Positions 25,151 through 33,973 of a stretch of 64,000 nucleotides of DNA are shown piece by piece. The translations under genes were made by a program, and so were the position numbers. Location of the stretch: IMG/VR virus record IMGVR_UViG_3300037461_000748, positions 32,001-96,000 of that record, one strand, 5' to 3'. Positions within the stretch are counted from its first letter, which is position 1. Each line of letters begins with the position of its first letter. Below the pieces are notes generated by a model. The model was given only the letters and a program-made list of their open reading frames with translations, had not been told where the DNA came from and did no database searches. Source of the stretch: a virus.

Positions 25151-26597
25151 ATACTTCAACTGTGACTTCATCGCCAGTCTTCAGTTTTGTAATGTCTCTT
25201 CCAGTACTTTCCATTAACTTAAACTTATGGGTATCATCAGAGTATACCTTAGTAAATAAATCAAATTCCTTAATTTGACCCTCTCTCAACGTATTACCAG
25301 AAATCAATGTGAAGTCATCTAAGTAATCTGAGGCATATGTTCCATCAGTTAAAATAGCAAATCTTGTAACCTCATCGTCTACCTCATACTGAAAATTTAA
25401 CGTAGATGTTACCTCGTAGGTATAAATTCCCTCAGTTCCACTTATTGTAATATACTTATAATTACTATCATTTGCAATCCCTATTACTGTCCCGTTATAA
25501 TAACTAAAGGGTAATCCCATTATTAAAGCCAAGCCGTGTCTAATATTACTCATCGTAGGATGCTTTCTTACAACATTGGACATTGCGTAAGTCCAGTGAC
25601 ATAGATGTTGGGCGTACTTAATCTGACCATCATAATAAGTTTCCTCACCTATTCCACTTAGCCTTGGGTAATATAATTGCTCATTGGTCACATCAGAAAC
25701 ATTCTCAATTCCTAATCCTTTCCAATAATAATTAGTAACCATCGGTAATAGTGCGATGGCATTGTTAGCGATGAATAGTTCTCCCATTTCATAACCAGCA
25801 TTATCAGTATTATAAGAGATATAGCCCGGCAAAATCCCAGAAGACAATGGTTTTATAAATTTCAATTTACGGAGATCTTCTATCTCATAATCTGTATTTT
25901 CGTGTAATATCTGACCAGTATTAGCTCCACTAAGAGTAGGAATAGTCATGTAACATTGGTTATCAGGAATATTATATAAATAACCCCAAGTGGCTGTATT
26001 AGTTGAGGGTTCCAAGGAACCTGGAGTGTAAATCCCACTATCTACAAAGGTGTAAGTACCGCTAAGGGTATATGGTACCCCAGATACAGTAGTTAATAGA
26101 CCAAGACTACCAGGAACTCTACCATATATTCCGTACGAACTAATGCCTGACACTAAGCTCCACGTGATAGAATTGTAATTAGAAGTCAATGTTGTAGCAC
26201 CGCTAATTAGCGGAGCTTGCATAGATGGCGTAGATTCCCCGTAGTCAGTTTTACTAGTTATAGTATATACATATGCCTCTTGGTCAGAAGATTCTGATAC
26301 ATTGGTGGCCTGTACACTCGTTGGTGGACTAAATTTCAAATCGGAGACGTTCTTATTAGTTCCAGAGAATATTATGTTTAGTTCTTTAAATCTATCTTCT
26401 ATGTAGCCTTGTGTGTAATGTAAGAGCTTAGCTAGATGATTTTGCCTCAAATCATAATATAATCCGGCTACTGAATCTATCATTCCTTTCCAAAAATTTT
26501 TAATTCTATCCTTGGAATCCTCATCGAGATTTCTATAAAATGATCCTATGGAATCTAATAGGCCATCAAGATCAGTTGTATTATTAGGTGTAAACAT
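25149..26597 (-). CDS. Baseplate wedge protein (N-terminal part)
   Basis: Follows the baseplate J-like gene; wedge-type HPTMSNIRHGLALIMGLPF segment. Confidence 0.6.
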   Translation of the reverse strand: MFTPNNTTDLDGLLDSIGSFYRNLDEDSKDRIKNFWKGMIDSVAGLYYDLRQNHLAKLLHYTQGYIEDRFKELNIIFSGTNKNVSDLKFSPPTSVQATNVSESSDQEAYVYTITSKTDYGESTPSMQAPLISGATTLTSNYNSITWSLVSGISSYGIYGRVPGSLGLLTTVSGVPYTLSGTYTFVDSGIYTPGSLEPSTNTATWGYLYNIPDNQCYMTIPTLSGANTGQILHENTDYEIEDLRKLKFIKPLSSGILPGYISYNTDNAGYEMGELFIANNAIALLPMVTNYYWKGLGIENVSDVTNEQLYYPRLSGIGEETYYDGQIKYAQHLCHWTYAMSNVVRKHPTMSNIRHGLALIMGLPFSYYNGTVIGIANDSNYKYITISGTEGIYTYEVTSTLNFQYEVDDEVTRFAILTDGTYASDYLDDFTLISGNTLREGQIKEFDLFTKVYSDDTHKFKLMESTGRDITKLKTGDEVTVEV

Positions 26598-29500
26598 TAT
26601 ACTTGCTCTACTCCAATTAATTCGTCTTCACTAGTATAAAAGGCGCCTACCGTATCATAACCAATTAAGTATGTTTGACCTTCCATTAATACAGTTGTCT
26701 TAGTAAACGTAGTATCATAATATCTGACACGAATTACTATATCAAGATCAACATAGTTTGCCCCATTATCATATAATAGATCTACTAAGTCAGATTTGTC
26801 AAAAGACCTCTCATCTAATGTTAAAAAATATTCAATGATCTTTTGCTTCATCAAGTTCGGTTTTAATCCACCAGAATACTCAAGCTTTTCGACATTAATA
26901 ATGTGTAATGGCATTACTTTAGCTTTAATATCTGCTGCCGGATATCTATAATCGGAGTTAGTTAATAGATTATTTACAAGATCGCCCTGAGCCCAATATA
27001 AGTATTCAACTTCTATCATTGTACCAGTCATATCATCTGAATCAAATATTATGTCATAGTTCGCTGCATCAGTAAATGAGGCCCCATTGTTATTATTAAT
27101 AATAGAGTAAGCACTTACATCAAATGGCACTTTAGACAAGTACTCACGAACTTCAATGATGTCTGCAATGTAGCCACGAAAGGATGTAGAATTAGTATTA
27201 ATTCTATTACCAGACATCGTAACAACTGTATTAGCCGTCTTAAGATTAGTAGGATCATAAACATACACATCAATTGCATTACCACGATGTAATCCGGAAG
27301 GGGCAGTATTATTAATTTGGACATAATAACTTCGCAATGCATGTACGGCATCGTCTTCAAAGTCAGGTCCACTATTAGTAGCTGATACAGCAATGTTCAC
27401 ATACATTTCTTCATCAAGATAGTCAGATAACGGAGTAAAGCTCTTAGTAAGCTTTAAGGAAGTCACATCTGCCAAACCATCATCTATGGTATTAGTATGC
27501 TCTCCAACTGTTATCCACCCATTAGAATCATCGACATCGTCTTCTGGTCTATATATCACACATTTAACACTGCTATGCCCATTTCCATCCTCTGCATATA
27601 GATACGGATCATAACCTACGCCATAATAATTTACTGTTAAAGTATCTGTTAGTGACCATTCAGATGTGTCAATTTTAAACCTAAATAAATGCATCGGAAA
27701 GTTTTGTGTAAATGATTTAATTATAAGATTATCTACATACCATTCATTGTTCCTAGTTTGTGCAACTCCGATGCCAAAGTGATTATAAGTTGCCTGAATT
27801 ACTTCAGTTCCGTCTGTCCTGGTAACCTTATCTCCGGATACAGGCACAAAAGGCGGATACGTAGAACCCCGATATAAAATTCTATTAGTAGTAGACAATG
27901 CCTCAGCCTCTCCATCCGCCCAGGAATCCGGAGCATTGGGGTCGTATATCCAACCTTCAAAACCTAAACTTTGATAGATTTTTAATCGAATTGTGTAATC
28001 GATGTCCGACTCTATCCAGGCTTTTCCTGCTACAAGAAACGAGTTTCTACCCGAAGTTTGGTCCCAAAGCTGGTCATGTCCAATCCAAACTTCTTCTTGT
28101 AACACATCGTTGTCTACCAGGTATACGTTATATTTCCAATATGCTTTATTCTCATATTTATGAAGATTTCCTACTAAGCCAAGAGCAATTGGATCGGCAT
28201 TATCATAATGTTCTTTAAAAGTATCAATGTCAGTTGAAGTGTAAGTACCTTTATCTATTCTAATCAACCAAGCTGGCTGCTTTCTCCAGGCTAGTCCGTA
28301 ACCATCGTGAGGTAAATATACCTCAGCGTTACGCAGCACTGTAATGTAACACATTTCCCCAGTATTAGTATTATCAGTTGTACGCATAGTAAGGTCAATG
28401 TAGATTCCCAGATGTTGATCAATCTGTCTATGAATAATTGGGGAAACATTGTTAAAATTAACTGGCGCTATCAGAGCATTAAGTTGATTATAAGCTGCTG
28501 TAGATGTTCCTAAGAAATTAGAACCTACTAAGTCCATGATACCAGAAATTGTGGCCAGAGGCACATTAATTGTCGCAGGCTGTTCTTCGGGATCAATGTT
28601 CTTGCCCAATACTAGTTCATTTCCTCGAATATCAATTTCATTGATGTAGAATAAGTCTTGTGTAGGATTAATACCATCATGAACAAACCAACTACCGGAG
28701 GCTAATACCAATGCTAAACTTGGCTGAACTCCAGCCTCTGACATCACATCGCCGAAATCTTCTCTAAGTATCACATCCTGTTCATAATATGCATACTCCA
28801 TGTCGTTCAATAAATACAAGCCTTGATACATGTCATCGGAGAACTCAGTACTCCACGATGTATAAGGAGGAATCTCCACATTTTCAGATTCATCAACGTC
28901 CTGGAAAACTCCCACGTAAGCAATATGTTTACTGTCATATGGACCAGTGTGGTGACCAGAATAAGTTAAATAAAAATCGTTCTCTGCATATTGTTCCAGG
29001 GTTCCTTCTAAGTTAGCAAGATCTCTAACCATTAAATCATTTCCTGCCCCAATTACCTCCGTCTTCACTACCGTAGTAAAGTTTTCCTTAATCTTACTAT
29101 CTAATGATTCTTTCGAAGCCAAACTCTTATTATAAACAGAATCAGTTATTCTATTAAAGAAAGTCTGATTGCCTTCTTTAATAGTTCCAGAGGTGAATGG
29201 TGTTGCATTAATAATTTTTACAGGAGTTGGAATATTAGTTTCACCTTGAATAGTAAATTGAGTCTCAGCGGGCTTGTTATACTCTGTACCAGCCTCTTTA
29301 GCAACTACATAGATTTCTCCAGAATCATAATATGGATACTCTGAAATATTAGTATCCATTTGCACCTTTGGAACATAAATATCAGAACTAACTTCGTACT
29401 CTAGTCCATCATTTGTCACTAATATTGTCCCATTCTCTATGGACAACGTTATCCCATGATTATAATAGAATTTAACATACCCAGCAGCCTTTGTTCCAGA

Positions 29501-29749
29501 ATTCCTTGTTAATAAGAAATTCATAGCAATGGCGTCAAGATCTTCTTCTGTGATAGTCGTAGGATCCGACAAAGACTGTAAATCTAATATCTCCTGATGC
29601 TCACTTTGGTATTCTTCTAATAATCTTGACAGTGGTAAAATTAATAGATCATAAAAAACACTACCAGGCTTAATATCTGGTCTGGTGGCTTCTTCAGGAT
29701 ATAACTCTCTTATCTTGTTTAGTAAGTATTCTTTTGTGTTAATAGCCAT
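26597..29749 (-). CDS. Baseplate J-like wedge protein
   Basis: IKPGSVFYDLLI..LDAIAMNFLLTRNSGTKAAGYVKF..AKEAGTEYN..FTSGTIKEGN, typical of Baseplate_J. Confidence 0.8.
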   Translation of the reverse strand: MAINTKEYLLNKIRELYPEEATRPDIKPGSVFYDLLILPLSRLLEEYQSEHQEILDLQSLSDPTTITEEDLDAIAMNFLLTRNSGTKAAGYVKFYYNHGITLSIENGTILVTNDGLEYEVSSDIYVPKVQMDTNISEYPYYDSGEIYVVAKEAGTEYNKPAETQFTIQGETNIPTPVKIINATPFTSGTIKEGNQTFFNRITDSVYNKSLASKESLDSKIKENFTTVVKTEVIGAGNDLMVRDLANLEGTLEQYAENDFYLTYSGHHTGPYDSKHIAYVGVFQDVDESENVEIPPYTSWSTEFSDDMYQGLYLLNDMEYAYYEQDVILREDFGDVMSEAGVQPSLALVLASGSWFVHDGINPTQDLFYINEIDIRGNELVLGKNIDPEEQPATINVPLATISGIMDLVGSNFLGTSTAAYNQLNALIAPVNFNNVSPIIHRQIDQHLGIYIDLTMRTTDNTNTGEMCYITVLRNAEVYLPHDGYGLAWRKQPAWLIRIDKGTYTSTDIDTFKEHYDNADPIALGLVGNLHKYENKAYWKYNVYLVDNDVLQEEVWIGHDQLWDQTSGRNSFLVAGKAWIESDIDYTIRLKIYQSLGFEGWIYDPNAPDSWADGEAEALSTTNRILYRGSTYPPFVPVSGDKVTRTDGTEVIQATYNHFGIGVAQTRNNEWYVDNLIIKSFTQNFPMHLFRFKIDTSEWSLTDTLTVNYYGVGYDPYLYAEDGNGHSSVKCVIYRPEDDVDDSNGWITVGEHTNTIDDGLADVTSLKLTKSFTPLSDYLDEEMYVNIAVSATNSGPDFEDDAVHALRSYYVQINNTAPSGLHRGNAIDVYVYDPTNLKTANTVVTMSGNRINTNSTSFRGYIADIIEVREYLSKVPFDVSAYSIINNNNGASFTDAANYDIIFDSDDMTGTMIEVEYLYWAQGDLVNNLLTNSDYRYPAADIKAKVMPLHIINVEKLEYSGGLKPNLMKQKIIEYFLTLDERSFDKSDLVDLLYDNGANYVDLDIVIRVRYYDTTFTKTTVLMEGQTYLIGYDTVGAFYTSEDELIGVEQV

Positions 29750-29765
29750 TGTTAATAAGTACTCC

Positions 29766-30206
29766 TTATATCGGTAAACTGATAGTTAGGACGTCATCAT
29801 CGTTTGTAAAAACATCCAACTTGACTTTCCATTGACCAGTTGATATTATGAACTTAGAGCTTCTAAGTCTAAGCTTATTAAGTTTTTCAGCATCTGTAAA
29901 AGTATCCCCATTATCCTCAGCTTCAGATTGTGCACGCTTGATTTCAGCTTCCAAATCTTTAATTGCTAAACTAAGATTAGTCTTAAACGTCTGAGACGCC
30001 GCTCCTCCGTAAGCTCCTCCGGGAAGATGTAAGAAATTAGATCCAATGGTTAATTCAAATCCATTACTTCCCTTCATAGTCAGAAGCTTCTTTATAATAT
30101 ACTGAATTAAATTGTCTTTTCCAATAGTTATTGTATTATTCTGTGGAAAGGATACATAGGTAGTATCATCTGTGTCCCAGTAAACTAGTTTAATATCTTT
30201 AGCCAT
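29766..30206 (-). CDS. gp25/GpW-like baseplate protein
   Basis: Size, position upstream of the J-like gene, and GKDNLIQYIIKKLLTMKGS..IGS motif. Confidence 0.65.
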   Translation of the reverse strand: MAKDIKLVYWDTDDTTYVSFPQNNTITIGKDNLIQYIIKKLLTMKGSNGFELTIGSNFLHLPGGAYGGAASQTFKTNLSLAIKDLEAEIKRAQSEAEDNGDTFTDAEKLNKLRLRSSKFIISTGQWKVKLDVFTNDDDVLTISLPI

Positions 30207-32292
30207 TTCTAGCAGCCTCTAAATCAATAATTTTAGTCATTTCTTTTAACATAGCGTATTTCTTCTTCAGGCCTGATATAGCCGAGGAAATGCCTAATTG
30301 TTGAGCCGTGCTTACGCCGGCTACAGTTAGCGTATTCTGAATACGAGTCAGTACACTTTCGTTCTTACCTCCCTGATTTATGTAATGTTGGGCTAAACAA
30401 CTTGTGGCACCAGTCGCAAAACTAGCAACATCTAAATATGAGGCAATGCCTGATAAATCTCCATGACGAACCTGATCTACCAATGTTCTTGCCAATGCGC
30501 TATTACCGGCTTCTAATTGATTTAACATATTATCAATTTGTCGCCTTAATATTGTAAACGTAGGCAAAGTTTCTATGGCAGTTAATACATTTTGTGACAA
30601 ATAATATTCTTGTTCGTCTAACTCAATCTGCTTAATTAACAAGGTTTCAATGGCCCTAAGTCCGGCAATTGTATTAGTAGCTACACCCGGATTTAGTAAA
30701 TTAAGGGCAAACACTGCTGATTTACCTACTAATGATAATAGATAATTGTTGGCTAAAGATACAACTTGATCTCCATATTCGGTTTTCTCAATTCCTGTAC
30801 TCTGATCCAGAGTCTTAGCACTAATGAAGTCTTCTAACTTAGTTAAAGAGGAATTTATTCTATCCATTGCACGAGTTATATCAGCCGTGTTAAGATTAGC
30901 TAGTCCTCCATAGCCTTTCAAATATAATCCATGTTCAGCACCAACTGTTCTGAGAAGAGTCTTAGCTTGTTCTAATTTTAATATCCAATTTCCAAACTTT
31001 TTGTTTAATAACATTTGTTGGGAGCTACCAGAATCACTTGTTTTTGATTTAATTGTAGCCTTCATGTCATCATAAACAGCCCTAAGATACGAATCTGCTG
31101 GAGAAATGATGGATTGAACAAGACCACTATGTTGTTCCATTATTTCCATAAACGTTGGTATTAATAACAACGCAGACTCAGATAATTTCGTAGCTGTCAT
31201 AATTCTTTGCCACGTAATATCTTTGGTATCAGCATTGGAGAACATCGAATACTCACGATTCTCATCAACTACGCCGAGCCAATCTGGAATAGTATCAGTT
31301 TCAAACCGCTTAGTAATATACTTGTCAATGGTATCATTCTTTAATATCCAGATTGGAAATCGATCCACTAATACTTTAGATGATCTTGAAATAACAGTAT
31401 TAATAGCAAACTTTCTTAGGAAATCTGGAAGAGCTGGAACCATTCTAAAGATAATGGCCTGTAGTTCCTTCTTGCCATCCTCTCCCGAATATTTATTCTT
31501 AAGCTCTGTTGTTATTTCTTTAATATACTTAAACCAGTTCCCATATTCAGTGTAAGCCTTTGTACTAAGACTTTCAATAGCAATGCTTGGCAGAGGAGTA
31601 CTAAGTTTATAATCTTTATGAAGAGATTTTAATAGTGCATTGGTCTCTTTAAATCCAGGAGTTAAATATCCGATTCCAGAATCAATGTCAGTAATAGCCG
31701 TTTGAATATTTTCGACAGAGACGTAATTAGACCTATTAATATACTTTGTAGCTTCCATATTAATGAGTCTTCTTGCTCTTGCCACATGATTGAAAGCTCT
31801 GTTTAGATTGCTAAAATACTCTCTTTGATACTCTACGGGAGTCTTTGCCAAAACACTAACCCAGTATAATATTGTTCTAACCTCTTGTAATAGAATTTTA
31901 GCTAAATCATATCTTCTTTTGACATCTGTTTTTAGAGCTGATGCGGCATAATACTTTAGTATCATCATTGCCCCCGGTACAGACGCAAACAACATTGACA
32001 TCGCTCCAGAGACAGCTCCTAATACATTCTCAAATAATGCCTTTGCTACGTAGTGATCTACCAATGCAACAGCTGCGCCTCCCAATGCTTCTGCTAATAA
32101 CGCTGCTGTAACAATAAAAAAATTTCCAAAGGATTTATAAGAAAGTTCATCAATTGTTTTCTTAACATCATCTTGAAACCGTTCTGTCATCTCCGCAAGC
32201 TGATCTTGTAGTTCTGAATAACTACATATGCTAGTATTAACATTAATTCCGGCAGCCCGTAATGTATCAGATAATTGTTTGGATATAGCCAT
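30199..32292 (-). CDS. Hypothetical helical protein (tail module)
   Basis: 697 aa, translationally coupled within the operon. Confidence 0.6.
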   Translation of the reverse strand: MAISKQLSDTLRAAGINVNTSICSYSELQDQLAEMTERFQDDVKKTIDELSYKSFGNFFIVTAALLAEALGGAAVALVDHYVAKALFENVLGAVSGAMSMLFASVPGAMMILKYYAASALKTDVKRRYDLAKILLQEVRTILYWVSVLAKTPVEYQREYFSNLNRAFNHVARARRLINMEATKYINRSNYVSVENIQTAITDIDSGIGYLTPGFKETNALLKSLHKDYKLSTPLPSIAIESLSTKAYTEYGNWFKYIKEITTELKNKYSGEDGKKELQAIIFRMVPALPDFLRKFAINTVISRSSKVLVDRFPIWILKNDTIDKYITKRFETDTIPDWLGVVDENREYSMFSNADTKDITWQRIMTATKLSESALLLIPTFMEIMEQHSGLVQSIISPADSYLRAVYDDMKATIKSKTSDSGSSQQMLLNKKFGNWILKLEQAKTLLRTVGAEHGLYLKGYGGLANLNTADITRAMDRINSSLTKLEDFISAKTLDQSTGIEKTEYGDQVVSLANNYLLSLVGKSAVFALNLLNPGVATNTIAGLRAIETLLIKQIELDEQEYYLSQNVLTAIETLPTFTILRRQIDNMLNQLEAGNSALARTLVDQVRHGDLSGIASYLDVASFATGATSCLAQHYINQGGKNESVLTRIQNTLTVAGVSTAQQLGISSAISGLKKKYAMLKEMTKIIDLEAARNG

Positions 32293-33008
32293 TATAACAG
32301 TTCCTTAATCTCTCGTGCTAATTTCTTTTTTCTTCTTTTTAGTGCCCCATCTGACAAGTTTAGCTGTTTAGCCGTATCATTAAATTTTCTAAGAGGCGAT
32401 CCACCAATACCAAAGGTGTACTCTAATATTTTTTTATCAACTGGATCAGCATCAAAATAAACAAACTCCAGAGCCTGTTGTAGTCTTGGATCAGTTTCGT
32501 CGGGACGAACATACATATAGAACCCACCGGCATCTTCATCAACCGACGGCAACTCCATTGACAAATCCTTACGAAGCTCTGTCTGAAGTCTTTCTATCTC
32601 AGTAGTAGAAATATTCATAGCGTCTGATATCTCTTCAACTGTAGGCTCTCTTCCTAAATCATTTTGCAAATTACTCTTAATGGCATTATATTTACCAATG
32701 AGTAGCGCCCTTGGTTCTGGAATATGCCCTACGTTCTGATAAGTGGTCACAAAGCGACTAAGCTTTTTCAGATTATTTATGACATGAGTGTTTAGTTGAG
32801 CTTTACTGGGATCATAAGTATCAATCGCATGTGAAGTTAATCTGTAACCTTCTAGTTCCATAGCACTCACTGGTATTCCACTATTCCTAAACCTACTAAC
32901 CTGACTTCTAACTATCGGCTTTAATGAGCCCATTAGTTCTTTTTTAGCAGTTGTGTCGCCAGAACGATATTTGTTCCATAATTCTAATTCTTCTTCTTTC
33001 TTAGTCAT
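32292..33008 (-). CDS. Phage sigma-70-family RNA polymerase sigma factor
   Basis: Region 2 AIDTYDPSKAQLNTHV, region 3 LGREPTVEEISDAMNIS, and region 4 HTH TAKQLNLS. Confidence 0.85.
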   Translation of the reverse strand: MTKKEEELELWNKYRSGDTTAKKELMGSLKPIVRSQVSRFRNSGIPVSAMELEGYRLTSHAIDTYDPSKAQLNTHVINNLKKLSRFVTTYQNVGHIPEPRALLIGKYNAIKSNLQNDLGREPTVEEISDAMNISTTEIERLQTELRKDLSMELPSVDEDAGGFYMYVRPDETDPRLQQALEFVYFDADPVDKKILEYTFGIGGSPLRKFNDTAKQLNLSDGALKRRKKKLAREIKELL

Positions 33009-33010
33009 TG

Positions 33011-33973
33011 TTATACACTCGTAATTAATTTGGGTAATGTCCGGAGACTTTCAGGAATTCTAATATCACCGGTAACTTCTTGACTCATAGGTGCATACTC
33101 GTAGGCAAATTTGTAATTATCTTCAAAATCATCCTCTTCTATTCCATCATAACCCATCGTGTGATCTAATACAACCCATGACATCGAGAATGAGGCAAGC
33201 TTTTCTGTCTGAGCAGTATAGTTTACTGACAATGTTAATGGATATCCATATACATAGTGGGTTCCAACTGATAACAAGGCAACTCTATCATTTTGAACAA
33301 GTTGTGTACCTCGTAACACATTATTATACATATGAATTAAACTGCTTTGCCAAAAATTCTTAGGGGAATCCGCATTCTCTAAATACTGTTCTTCCTTAAG
33401 ACCAACGTCACTTGTTTGGTCCCATAGCTCTGCAACAATATTTGTTTTACCAGTCTCTGGATCATAAGACACTTTATAACTTGCCGGGTCCTCATCTCCG
33501 AGCCAATGCCTATATGCTTTATTATATTTGGCTGATGGCCAATCAATAGCTATTCCAGTAAATTCATAAATCTTAACAGAATCTCCAAAGAACGATACCA
33601 ACGATGTCCCAAAGGTTTCCTGAATCTGAACCTTTTCTTTCATGTTAATAACCATTGATGTAAGAAAGAATTTGTTAGTTTTATATCTAACAAACCAGCT
33701 TTGGGTCTCAGCATGTTTTTCAATAATGAAAAGCGTCGCTCCTATTCTTTCTCTGTCGGTTATTAAACTATGCAAATCTTCAGGAGCTTTCTTCTCTTCT
33801 AATAACTGATCTCTAAGAAATTTATTAGTATTATTAGTAAACGGATTTAATCTAAAAGAATTATCTTGAAATCCCTCTGGAACAACGATTCCTACTTCTA
33901 TTTGACCTAATATTTCTTGTCGGACATCTGAATAATACGTAGTCAGATTGTCGCCTCTATTAGCGTTTGGCAT
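33011..33973 (-). CDS. Putative baseplate hub/tube-like structural protein
   Basis: KEKVQIQETFG..FFG..IYEFTG motif; position in the tail operon. Confidence 0.5.
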   Translation of the reverse strand: MPNANRGDNLTTYYSDVRQEILGQIEVGIVVPEGFQDNSFRLNPFTNNTNKFLRDQLLEEKKAPEDLHSLITDRERIGATLFIIEKHAETQSWFVRYKTNKFFLTSMVINMKEKVQIQETFGTSLVSFFGDSVKIYEFTGIAIDWPSAKYNKAYRHWLGDEDPASYKVSYDPETGKTNIVAELWDQTSDVGLKEEQYLENADSPKNFWQSSLIHMYNNVLRGTQLVQNDRVALLSVGTHYVYGYPLTLSVNYTAQTEKLASFSMSWVVLDHTMGYDGIEEDDFEDNYKFAYEYAPMSQEVTGDIRIPESLRTLPKLITSV

